Source: Kiritimatiellia bacterium
GTDB taxonomy: Bacteria; Verrucomicrobiota; Kiritimatiellia; RFP12; JBMNHG01
Direction of reading: 5' to 3'
DNA length: 64,000 bases
Assembly: GCA_050950285.1 (NCBI GenBank)
Contig: JBMNHG010000008.1
Coordinates: forward strand, 124,001-188,000
The notes beneath the pieces were generated by a model. The model saw only the letters and a list, made by a program, of their open reading frames with translations. It was not told where the DNA came from and searched no databases. Shown here piece by piece: positions 39,297-47,915 of the stretch. Position numbers and translations under genes: made by a program. Positions within the stretch are counted from its first letter, which is position 1; each line of letters starts with the position of its first letter.

Positions 39297-41176
39297 CACG
39301 GACATTGCGCGTCCATCCCGACATCACGCTCCACTGGGAGGCGGGGAACTCGCTCGCCCTGCTCGGGGGAACCACGGTTTACACGGACAAAATCGAGATC
39401 GACGCCGGGGAGGTCGACTGGCCCCTGGATTACGCCGTCATCCCGCGTCATTCGGCCATTTCCTTCGCCATCGCCGCCGAGGGCCAGGCCGCCGAGGGCG
39501 GCAAGGCGGTGGACATCGTCCACGGGCGCGTCGTCGACGTGGACCTCGACGTCGACGCCAACCACGACGGCAAAATTGATGACGCCGACGAGCCCCTGGA
39601 GATGGACCCCGGCGGCTACGTCGGCGTCTGCACGAACCACCTGACGCCGGTCACGCTCAAGTTGGAGCCCGCCGGTCTGCCCGGCAAACTGACCCTCTCG
39701 GCGACGATGGGAGGGGACCGAATCCGCATCTGGAAAGACGCCGGGCGCGCGGTCGAGGTGGTATTGACCAATGGCTGCGCCCAGGTGGCGCCCGGCACGC
39801 TCTACGTCGAGGGGGTCACCAACAGCGCCGCCCTCCGCGACGTGGAACTCCGCCTCGAGTACGACGAGAACCTGCCGGGCCAGGACAATCCCCTCTTCAA
39901 GTGCGAGGACAGGGTGCGGCTGACGGTCCTCTCTGTGGACATCGTTGATCCCGAAGAAGACGATGTTCATCTGGTGGGCGAGGAGGTCAAGTTCGACGGC
40001 GAACTTGAACCTACAGGGTTGAGCGGCGTGACCTATGCCTGGTCGGTTCTGGAAGTGACATGCGATCCGACTACCGCCACGACGGAGGACTTTGAGACGA
40101 CTCTGAAATCCGAAGGAAGCATCAAGGTCAAGCTGGAGGTGACCATCGGCGGCACGACGTGCGAGAAAATCCGAACCATCGAAGCGGTGTTGCCGGAGGT
40201 CACAAAGCTCAGTTGGAACAATGATCATGCTATGACGAAGTGGGGTGGTGGCGCGATCACAGATCCCGTTTGGGTGAAGACTCTAGGCGGCGCGGTTACG
40301 AAGAACGAGCCAGGGACTTATACGAAAGATGGCGAGGCAACGGCCGAACTTGAGATTGAAGGGGACTCACCGCTTACGCATCCAACCAGCGTCCAGATCA
40401 AAGGCGATGGCAACACGGAGAACTTCTATCCGGACGGGGCCACCTTCCACAACTGGACATGGTCATCCGGAGAACTTCAGCTCGATTCCTCCCCGCTCTG
40501 TGCGAGCGTGAACTTCTACGACACGCTGGATGTGACGTGGTACTACCGGGTTGAAAAACTGGCCGGTGGTTGGGGGGATTGGGTCGAAATGAACGAATCG
40601 ACGCATCTTCTTTACACAGTCGATGCAACTCCCGCAGCAAGCCCGCTCTATGACCGTGGCGTCGATAAGGGGTGCCGCTATGCGAATGGCGCTTCTGATT
40701 TTGCCGGTGCGATCAACACGGGGCTTGCGGATGACCTCCTGTATGAACCGACAGGATGTACGAGTCATGACTTGGGTATTTTCGATATCGGTTCAGGACA
40801 ATGTTGCTGTCATGCTTCGGTCTTCAGTGTTCTTATCTCCCATGTAACCTCATCCTCTCCAGCAACCGAAGACTGCTGGGGCGGATGTTCCTCAAGTACC
40901 CACTGCCACTTCAAGTACAGTGGCTGGTGGGGACCGACTTTCCAGTGCCAGCGGCCGGTGGAGGACAGCGTTGACGCCAATCCCCATTTCAACTTTCACG
41001 TTGAAGTCCCGTACAATGGGACTGTCTACGATCCATCCTATGGCCTCACAGGATGGGCGACTCTTCTTGAAACGGCGCCTGCGATTCCCAACGCGCATCC
41101 GAATGCGGCTGTGTTTCAATCTGGATCGTGGCCGCCTGCAACCGCACATGCGGTTGACTGGACATGTCCCCATTAA
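39293..41176 (+). CDS. Cassette 2: truncated stalk (39311-39925) plus Ig-like region and transglutaminase/papain-like C-terminal domain
   Basis: Stalk repeat ending CEDRVRLT; GQCCCHAS ... FNFHVEV ... YDPSYG Cys-His-Asp pattern; ATGA-coupled start. Confidence 0.75.
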   Translation: MTRTLRVHPDITLHWEAGNSLALLGGTTVYTDKIEIDAGEVDWPLDYAVIPRHSAISFAIAAEGQAAEGGKAVDIVHGRVVDVDLDVDANHDGKIDDADEPLEMDPGGYVGVCTNHLTPVTLKLEPAGLPGKLTLSATMGGDRIRIWKDAGRAVEVVLTNGCAQVAPGTLYVEGVTNSAALRDVELRLEYDENLPGQDNPLFKCEDRVRLTVLSVDIVDPEEDDVHLVGEEVKFDGELEPTGLSGVTYAWSVLEVTCDPTTATTEDFETTLKSEGSIKVKLEVTIGGTTCEKIRTIEAVLPEVTKLSWNNDHAMTKWGGGAITDPVWVKTLGGAVTKNEPGTYTKDGEATAELEIEGDSPLTHPTSVQIKGDGNTENFYPDGATFHNWTWSSGELQLDSSPLCASVNFYDTLDVTWYYRVEKLAGGWGDWVEMNESTHLLYTVDATPAASPLYDRGVDKGCRYANGASDFAGAINTGLADDLLYEPTGCTSHDLGIFDIGSGQCCCHASVFSVLISHVTSSSPATEDCWGGCSSSTHCHFKYSGWWGPTFQCQRPVEDSVDANPHFNFHVEVPYNGTVYDPSYGLTGWATLLETAPAIPNAHPNAAVFQSGSWPPATAHAVDWTCPH

Positions 41177-41245
41177 CCCCAATCGAGGGACGATCCAATG
41201 AGCAGCATGAAGGGGCGAAGGACCGTATTTATGTGGAGGGGCTTA

Positions 41246-42424
41246 ATGAACAGAATCCGATTATCCGCTGCCTTTCTCGTTGTGTTTATTTGCTGTTGCG
41301 GTGGTACAGTCTTTGGTGCCGGTGAGTCGGCGCTGATTCAAGGCGTGGAGGCCCAGGATCTTCTGAACGCCGCCCAGATTGGTTTGACCACTAACGGCTT
41401 AGATGTCAATCGATGGGGGCTTGCCTTCTCCATGCTCGGCGAGAACAGACGCGTCGTAGGCACAATAAGAATCGGTGTTTTCCGGAACCTAGAGAAAGCT
41501 GACAAGATGTTTCGTGATCAGGTTTTGCTCACGTCGGGCGGACCAGAACGCGATGTCTCGGGCCAAATAGGGGAACAGGGAGTTGCCTGGAAAGGGCGCA
41601 TCTTGTTTCGACGCAACAATGTTCTGGTTGATCTGCGATTGCCCGAAACAGATGTTGGCCAACGGGCCGCAGCACTTGATGCTGTGCTTTTGACTGGCGC
41701 GACGGGAGTTCGTAAGGGCGCAACCGTTGATGTTCCCAACCTGGTCGCAATTGATTTCGTGAACGATACACCGAGAGGTCAGACAGCAACAGGATCGAGC
41801 GGATACACAGCGATAGTCGATCGATATGGCCAGAAGTGCCAGGACAGCGAAGCCGAAGAAGTGTGTTTTGCTACGGCAGACTGTGTGTTGGCGGACCCCA
41901 TGAAGTGTGATCGGTCTTTCCTCTCTACGAGACGGGAGGCCGCGAAGATCAAAGAGAAGAAGAGGATGGAGCTTTTTTCCGAAACGCTACCACAGAAAAC
42001 CGAAGAGGCTCTCTCAACGCTTCAGGATAACGGGTCCACGCCAGCCGACCGCAACAAGGCTGTTCTTGCCCTCGGGAACTCAGGCGACGAGACAGCTATA
42101 CCGGCCCTGCTTGCAGAACTGGCGAGCGTGAGTGACCCAGTCGTGAAGCAGAATACGATCACGATGCTTGGCAGACTCCGCGCGAAGCAAGCCGTGCCCG
42201 ATCTCCTGAAAATTCTGGATACCCCTGTAACTGGAAACGTATCCGACGAGGGAGAGTGGGAAGCGATCTTTCGCAGGGAAGCGACAAAGGCGCTTGGCCG
42301 TATTGGCGATCCCTCAGCCCTGGTGACGCTGGGGAAGGCCATGGACGCTTCCCACGAATACCAGAGCGTCCGGGATGCTGCCAGGACTGCGATACGGATG
42401 ATCGAGAAACCGCTTGAACAGTGA
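41246..42424 (+). CDS. Exported HEAT-repeat protein (cassette 2 partner, candidate immunity)
   Basis: GGAGGG RBS, signal peptide; AVLALGNSGD..AIPALL, LGRLRAKQAVPDLL, ATKALGRIGDPSAL HEAT/PBS-like repeats. Confidence 0.8.
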   Translation: MNRIRLSAAFLVVFICCCGGTVFGAGESALIQGVEAQDLLNAAQIGLTTNGLDVNRWGLAFSMLGENRRVVGTIRIGVFRNLEKADKMFRDQVLLTSGGPERDVSGQIGEQGVAWKGRILFRRNNVLVDLRLPETDVGQRAAALDAVLLTGATGVRKGATVDVPNLVAIDFVNDTPRGQTATGSSGYTAIVDRYGQKCQDSEAEEVCFATADCVLADPMKCDRSFLSTRREAAKIKEKKRMELFSETLPQKTEEALSTLQDNGSTPADRNKAVLALGNSGDETAIPALLAELASVSDPVVKQNTITMLGRLRAKQAVPDLLKILDTPVTGNVSDEGEWEAIFRREATKALGRIGDPSALVTLGKAMDASHEYQSVRDAARTAIRMIEKPLEQ

Positions 42425-42472
42425 CATCATCCCTCCTTCCGGCACTACGCCTGCTTACGCAGGCTCATGCCG

Positions 42473-42764
42473 TTGCCCTACGCTCCGCAACCGTACACGA
42501 AAAATGCGGGGCATTTTTTGCGCCGGTTGCTCCGCTGATGCGGTGCGCCGTCGGTCGAGCGTTGCCATGAATGTGATCGTGATGACCGGAGGTGCTTAAT
42601 GTTCGTTGTATCGCCTACGCGGTATGTTACGCCGCAAGCGGAGCATGCGTCGCGCCTACCGCTCCAGCGAATGCTCCGTTACGCGCGTCGAAAGGGCTGC
42701 AAGGCTCACGCCTCGACATTTGACAAACGGGGAACGTTCGAGGAGCCGACCGGCGGCGGCGGCG
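42473..42764 (+). repeat. ~290-bp structured direct repeat, copy 1
   Basis: Near-identical to 46358-46649; internal stems GCAACCG..AAAAATGC/GCATTTTT..CGGTTGC and CGGAGCAT/ATGCTCCG. Confidence 0.9.
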
Positions 42765-44176
42765 GCCTGCCGCCCTTCCGCGTCACCGTTCCGTCGGTCG
42801 ACGTCGACTGGGCGGGCTTTGCCGGTCCGGCGGACGAAAACGGGGAGGAGGCCCGCTTCGTCGTCGTGCCGCTCAACACCAACAAGGCGGACGACATCCG
42901 CGGGATCAAGCTCCACGACCCCTTCGACGACGACCAGCGAAACGACCGTCCCCGATTCCCGCATGGCAAGCCCGTCCATCCCGACATCACGCTCCATTGG
43001 GAGGCGGGGAACCCGCTCGCCCTGCTCGGGGGAACCACGGTTTACACGGACAAAATCGAGATCGACGCCGGGGAGGTCGACTGGCCCCTGGATTACGCCG
43101 TCATCCCGCGTCATTCGGCCATTTCCTTCGCCATCGCCGCCGAGGGCCAGGCCGCCGAGGGCGGCAAGGCGGTGGACATCGTCCACGGGCGCGTCGTCAA
43201 ATGTTTTCTTTTTGCTGTTTGTTTGCTGGCAGTGCCCGCGTTCGCAGAGGACTCCAACAAGCGGCCTTCCGAATACTGGTCAGAAGTTCTTTCGGCGAAT
43301 AAATTCGATGATGTCCTTGCGGTTTTTCAAGCCGGCCCGAAAGTGCAATGGCCTACTGTTCATTCCACGAATTATGCCGACAATGAGAACAAGGCCCTAA
43401 TGGACCAGGAGGCGGAGTTCCGTAAACTTGGAGAACTGCTTGCTCACAGGCTGGAAGAATACGAACAGCAGTTGCAGGACATTCCTTCGGAGAAGTTCTG
43501 CGAACGATCTGAATTGTTGCTGGCAATGCGTCAACATCTCCTTCGCCATCCAAGCTATTTCAACCTCATCCTGGTTGACTCAATCAATCGGGTTCTTTAC
43601 GTGAATCTTGCTGAACGACTGGCGTTAGCCGACGACGTAGCGCCCTGTCTCCTGTCTCTCGTGGAGCGACTTGGTTCTTTTCGCCCCAATCTTCAACAGG
43701 TACTTTCGATGACAAATGAAGAGCTCAACAAGGTGCTGGTTGATGAGTCTACGTATCGTTCCGCTTCAAGTGTAGAGCAATTGAAGATGTTTTGGTCAGC
43801 ACTTGAACCGGGCACTCCTCTTATGATGCCCAGAAATCTGTTCAACCTGCCAACCTTTCAGCTTATGAAGAAGCAGGACATTCCCGTACTTCTGAATCGT
43901 CTTGTGACATCCGACCTCTACATTCATACCCTTCTGCCTGCTCTCATTCAGTATAGGCAGCAAAGCGAGGCTTACTCTCCAACATCAACTTACCAGCAAA
44001 TCAAAACGGTTCTCGGCAGAGAAACCCAAGCTCCTGAATCGCTTGGTGTTGTGCCCTTCGGTGTGTCACGGGCAGCCTCTGCCGTGAATTACTTGTTGCA
44101 GGACATCCAATCAGGAAAGACACGCAAGTTGCTTCTCTTCTCGGAGGACGGAATCATGGGCGGAGATCCTCGCTAA
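42599..44176 (+). pseudogene. Cassette 3: stalk fragment (about 42734-43198) fused in frame to a decapitated exported protein gene (43199-44176)
   Basis: Stalk homology stops at HGRVV; next residues KCFLFAVCLLAVPAFA read as an internal signal peptide; abrupt GC drop at 43199. Confidence 0.7.
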
Positions 44177-45571
44177 TGGAATCGGCTCGCGCCATAGAAC
44201 TCGTGCATAACCTTGCCGACAGGGTTGACCCGTTTACTGGCGAGCGGTTCCCGTCCGACTCTCCCTGCCAGCAGGCCGATACGGCTCGTGCGCAGCATCT
44301 GGTGCTTGAAGGTCTGGTGAAACTGAAACGTTCGACGGCCCGCAAGGCGATCGACACGATCCACGGACGCATCGTCAACGTGGATATCGATGTGGACGCG
44401 AACCACGACGGCGCGATCAACGGCGCCGACGAGCCCTTGGAGGTGGACCCCGGCGGACTGGCCTGCGTCTGCACGAACAAACTGACGCCGATCAAGCTCA
44501 AGTTGCAGCCCGCCGGCCTGCCCGGCAAGGTGACCTTCTCGGCGACGATGAGCGGTCGGCGCATCAAGGTGTGGAGGAACGCCAACCGGGCCGGGCAAAT
44601 CGATCTGTCCAAACGAGGCAATGTGGTTCCCGGCACGCTTTACGTTGAAGGTGTCGTCCCCAGTGCAGCCCTCCGCATCAGAACACGGCCAAGGTCAACA
44701 TTGAACCGAGCGCAGCAGCCGCACAGGTGTACTTCACGATCGACGATCCGGCGAAAGCAACGGTATCCCCGGCCCAAGCATCATCATCACCGCAGACGCT
44801 TACTCTGACTGGAGTGGCGAAAGGCCATACCGCTCTGCGTGCTCGTGTTGGATCTTCCTCTGGGCCGATTTGTAAGACGCTTACTAACCCGGCCACAAAT
44901 AGCGCTGCGCACGGAGATTCAGGCATTGGGAGCTGGAATTTGGAGCTGGGAAAGGGGCACGGACATTCCTGTCCGTGTCACGGGTTGGAAAACCCGTTCC
45001 CCTGTTTTGCAATATGAATTGTGGCCGAATTAGTAATGTCTGCGTACGGGATAAAAAGGTTGTTATTGTCGATTTCCATTTCATGCAGGACAACGCCAGC
45101 AACCAGACTTCGCGATCAACATCGGAAGCCGATGGCTTTGTTTCCACTCTGAATACAATTTGGACGCCACAGGCCAATGTGGTCTTCCAAAAAGGAAGTG
45201 TCGACAGCCCCACCGTCCCAACGAACCTTGGAAGTGTTGTTGAGTGGTATCCGACCAATCCCGCCAATGAATGGGATGACATTGTGGCGTTTCGTAATGG
45301 GTCGGCTCCTGACGTATTCTTTGTTTGGGAGTACGAACAAGATGGTACGCCGGCAACCGACAACGCCGACGCGGCGCAACTCGGCGGTGACATCCTGTTT
45401 GAGGACAACGCGGGCTCCGAGGTGGGGGATACACTGGCGAACGAGATGGGCCATTTTCTGGCGGTGAGCCCGGCGGATTACACGGATCGGCAGGATCAAC
45501 TGATGCACGCGTACACCGGCGTACGCGGTCAGAAAATCACACATGCACAGGTTGATCAGGCGAACCCATGA
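44176..45571 (+). pseudogene. Cassette 4: chimeric start, stalk (44344-44676) and frameshifted, MITE-interrupted zincin-like C-terminal domain
   Basis: Stalk repeat lacks its 3' end; frame change at about 44677; 150-bp insertion; TLANEMGHFL..LM degenerate HExxH. Confidence 0.75.
44884..45033. mobile_element. 150-bp MITE-like insertion with TA target duplication and REP-like hairpins
   Basis: Ends CTAACCCGGCCACAA / TTGTGGCCGAATTAG (13/15 inverted match), TA on both sides; removal restores the frame ICKTL-NVCVRDKK. Confidence 0.8.
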
Positions 45572-45585
45572 GATGAACGGAGATT

Positions 45586-46326
45586 ATGCATATGAAACAC
45601 AGCTACTTTCTAGTATTTTGTCTGTTCTGCTGTTCCGGGCTGTTTGCCCAAGCCGAGGAGACATCGACCGTGACGGAGCAAATTGGGCGGAATGCCGCAC
45701 TCTTAAAATCACATGACATGAATACGCGACGAAGGGCGATAGACGAGATGTTTTCCATGTCGTCGAAAGTTTTCGAGATGGCTCGTGATCCTTCGGTGGC
45801 GGTTGGCCTGACCGATTATGCTCAAGAGTGGGACGAGAACAGTTACAAGGCGGTTTTGTTGCTTGGCCGAATGGGGGCAGAGCAATCAAGGCCGATGCTC
45901 AAGTCCATTCTGGCGGAAAGTCGGGGCATTGTGGGACCAATGGATGACCGATATGTCCTTGCGCCCCAAATGCAGATGGCTTGCCTTAAGGCGTTGCTCC
46001 GCTTGAAGGACGATGAAGCCGAAAGAGAAGTCTTGTCTCTTCTTGGTTCAAATGAGGCGGAAAGTCGCGTCAAGGGAATCGAGTGCATATCCTATGCCGA
46101 TGATAAGAAACTCATTCCTCATTTGGTGCCGCTCTTGGATGACAAGAGGGATGCGGTGAATGTTGCGCCGTCGGGTGCGAACTACTTTATTCGCGTTTGC
46201 GACCTAGCCGTGAACGCGATTGCGTCCATCAGTCAGACAAAGACATCTTTCGTTGTTCAGAATGGTGCGAGATATTCGGATGATCAACTCGGCGAGGTGC
46301 GACGGAACGCCCTTCAGATCAGGTAA
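45586..46326 (+). CDS. Exported HEAT-like repeat protein (cassette 4 partner, candidate immunity)
   Basis: GGAG RBS; signal peptide KHSYFLVFCLFCCSGLFAQA; AVLLLGRMG, LIPHLVPLLDD, RVCDLAVNAI helical repeats. Confidence 0.78.
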   Translation: MHMKHSYFLVFCLFCCSGLFAQAEETSTVTEQIGRNAALLKSHDMNTRRRAIDEMFSMSSKVFEMARDPSVAVGLTDYAQEWDENSYKAVLLLGRMGAEQSRPMLKSILAESRGIVGPMDDRYVLAPQMQMACLKALLRLKDDEAEREVLSLLGSNEAESRVKGIECISYADDKKLIPHLVPLLDDKRDAVNVAPSGANYFIRVCDLAVNAIASISQTKTSFVVQNGARYSDDQLGEVRRNALQIR

Positions 46327-46357
46327 TCTTCCGTATGGTGCAAATGTCCCGTCCTGC

Positions 46358-46649
46358 TTGCCCTACGCTCCGCGCCCGTACACGAAAAATGCGGGGCATT
46401 TTTTGCGCCGGTTGCTCCGCTGATGCGGTGCGCCGCCGGTCGAGCGTTGCCATGAATGTGATCGTGATGACCGGAGGTGCTTAATGTTCGTTGTATCGCC
46501 TACGCGGTATGTTACGCCGCAAGCGGAGCATGCGTCGCGCCTACCGCTCCAGCGAATGCTCCGTTACGCGCGTCGAAAGGGCTGCAAGGCTCACGCCTCG
46601 ACATTTGACAAACGGGGAACGTTCGAGGAGCCGACCGGCGGCGGTGGCG
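46358..46649 (+). repeat. ~290-bp structured direct repeat, copy 2
   Basis: Near-identical to 42473-42764, offset 3885 bp. Confidence 0.9.
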
Positions 46650-46654
46650 CCGGC

Positions 46655-47553
46655 GGACATCGTCCACGGGCGCGTCGTCGACGTGGACATCGACGTCGAC
46701 GCCAACCACGACGGCAAAATTGATGACACCGACGAGCCTTTGGAGGTGAACCCCGGCGGACTGGCCTGCGTCTGCACGAACCACCTGACGCCAATCAAGC
46801 TGACGCTGAAGCCTGCCGGTTTACCCGGCAAGCTGACCCTCTCGGCGACGGCGGGCCGCATCCGCGTCTGGAAAGACGCCGGGCGCTCGGTCGAGGTGGT
46901 ATTGACCAATGGCTGCGCCCAGGTGGCGCCCGGCACGCTTTACGTTGAAGGTGTCGTCCCCAGTGCAGCCCTCCGCGACGTGGAACTCCACCTCGGGTAC
47001 AACGAGAACGCGGAAGGCCAGGACAACCCCCTCTTCAAGTGCGAGGACAGGGTGCGGCTGACAATCGTGAAGGTGGAGATCGAAAAGTGCGATTCTGGAT
47101 TCTTACCTCAGGGTGGTAGGGATGACAATACGACGACGATCCGCGCCTTCGTCACCCCAAATACTGCAAAGGGCAAGTTCAAATTCACCCTTTTTGACGT
47201 CTCAGATGAACCGGGGTATTGTATGAATGCGCCTATCAACGTGTCGCCTACAGGTGAGGACTCCGATGTTTGGAAAGATTTTCAGTTCCCTGCTCAAAAT
47301 GGATTCACCATTTTAGGTTCCGACAACAACATCGCCAGGACGGAGACGAACATCCTCCATGAGGCCACGGCAAGTGATTGATCGGACGCTCGCTCATGAA
47401 ATGGGCCATGGCACAGGCGTTCCACATCATACTCCGCCGATGGGCGGGCGACTGTGTCCGATGAGAGAACCATGCTCAGGCTCCAACATAGGAGCCACAT
47501 TTTGTGCCACCAATGACAACTGCCAGAGCAAAATCAATGTGAAAGACCCATAG
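46655..47553 (+). pseudogene. Cassette 5: stalk (46655-47063) plus internally deleted/frameshifted zinc metalloprotease domain
   Basis: Stalk ends CEDRVRLT; frame stops at 47381; another frame carries TLAHEMGHGTGVPHH..CPMR to 47553. Confidence 0.75.
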
Positions 47554-47561
47554 GAGCGACA

Positions 47562-47915
47562 GTGGTGCGAATAATTACACCATCCTTCGTCATCGTGGAA
47601 GGACGAGCGGAGCATGAACAAGCGATCAGTGTGCGCAAGGCATGGGCCAGATACCGCGAAAAGAAATATGCCGAGGCTATTGTTCTGGCACAGCAAGCTA
47701 TGGACAGACACGGAAGGCTGGCCTGTGATGGGGAGAACTATGCCATCATAGTGATGGCGCAATCCCAAGAAAAACTGGGACACGACCGAGATGCCTTGCA
47801 TCTGTTCGAGGAGTTCATGGACGTTTGTGTGCCCCAAAACCCCAGACAGGAATGCGATCTTGTCAAACTGAAGATAGTCGAGCTAAGGAGTCGTCTTCAA
47901 CATCACAAACCATAA
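47562..47915 (+). CDS. Small TPR-like helical protein (cassette 5 partner, candidate immunity)
   Basis: AGGAG RBS then GTG; AWARYREKKYAEAI and MAQSQEKLGHDRDALHLFEEF TPR-like helices. Confidence 0.65.
   Translation: MVRIITPSFVIVEGRAEHEQAISVRKAWARYREKKYAEAIVLAQQAMDRHGRLACDGENYAIIVMAQSQEKLGHDRDALHLFEEFMDVCVPQNPRQECDLVKLKIVELRSRLQHHKP

Noticed and set aside
36690..47063. Diversity-generating retroelement TR/VR pairs
   Set aside because: No reverse transcriptase; differences between copies are block-wise and not adenine-specific
36690..47915. Integron cassette array
   Set aside because: No intI integrase; repeats are mostly protein-coding; hairpins lack a proper RYYYAAC...GTTRRRY attC layout after each gene
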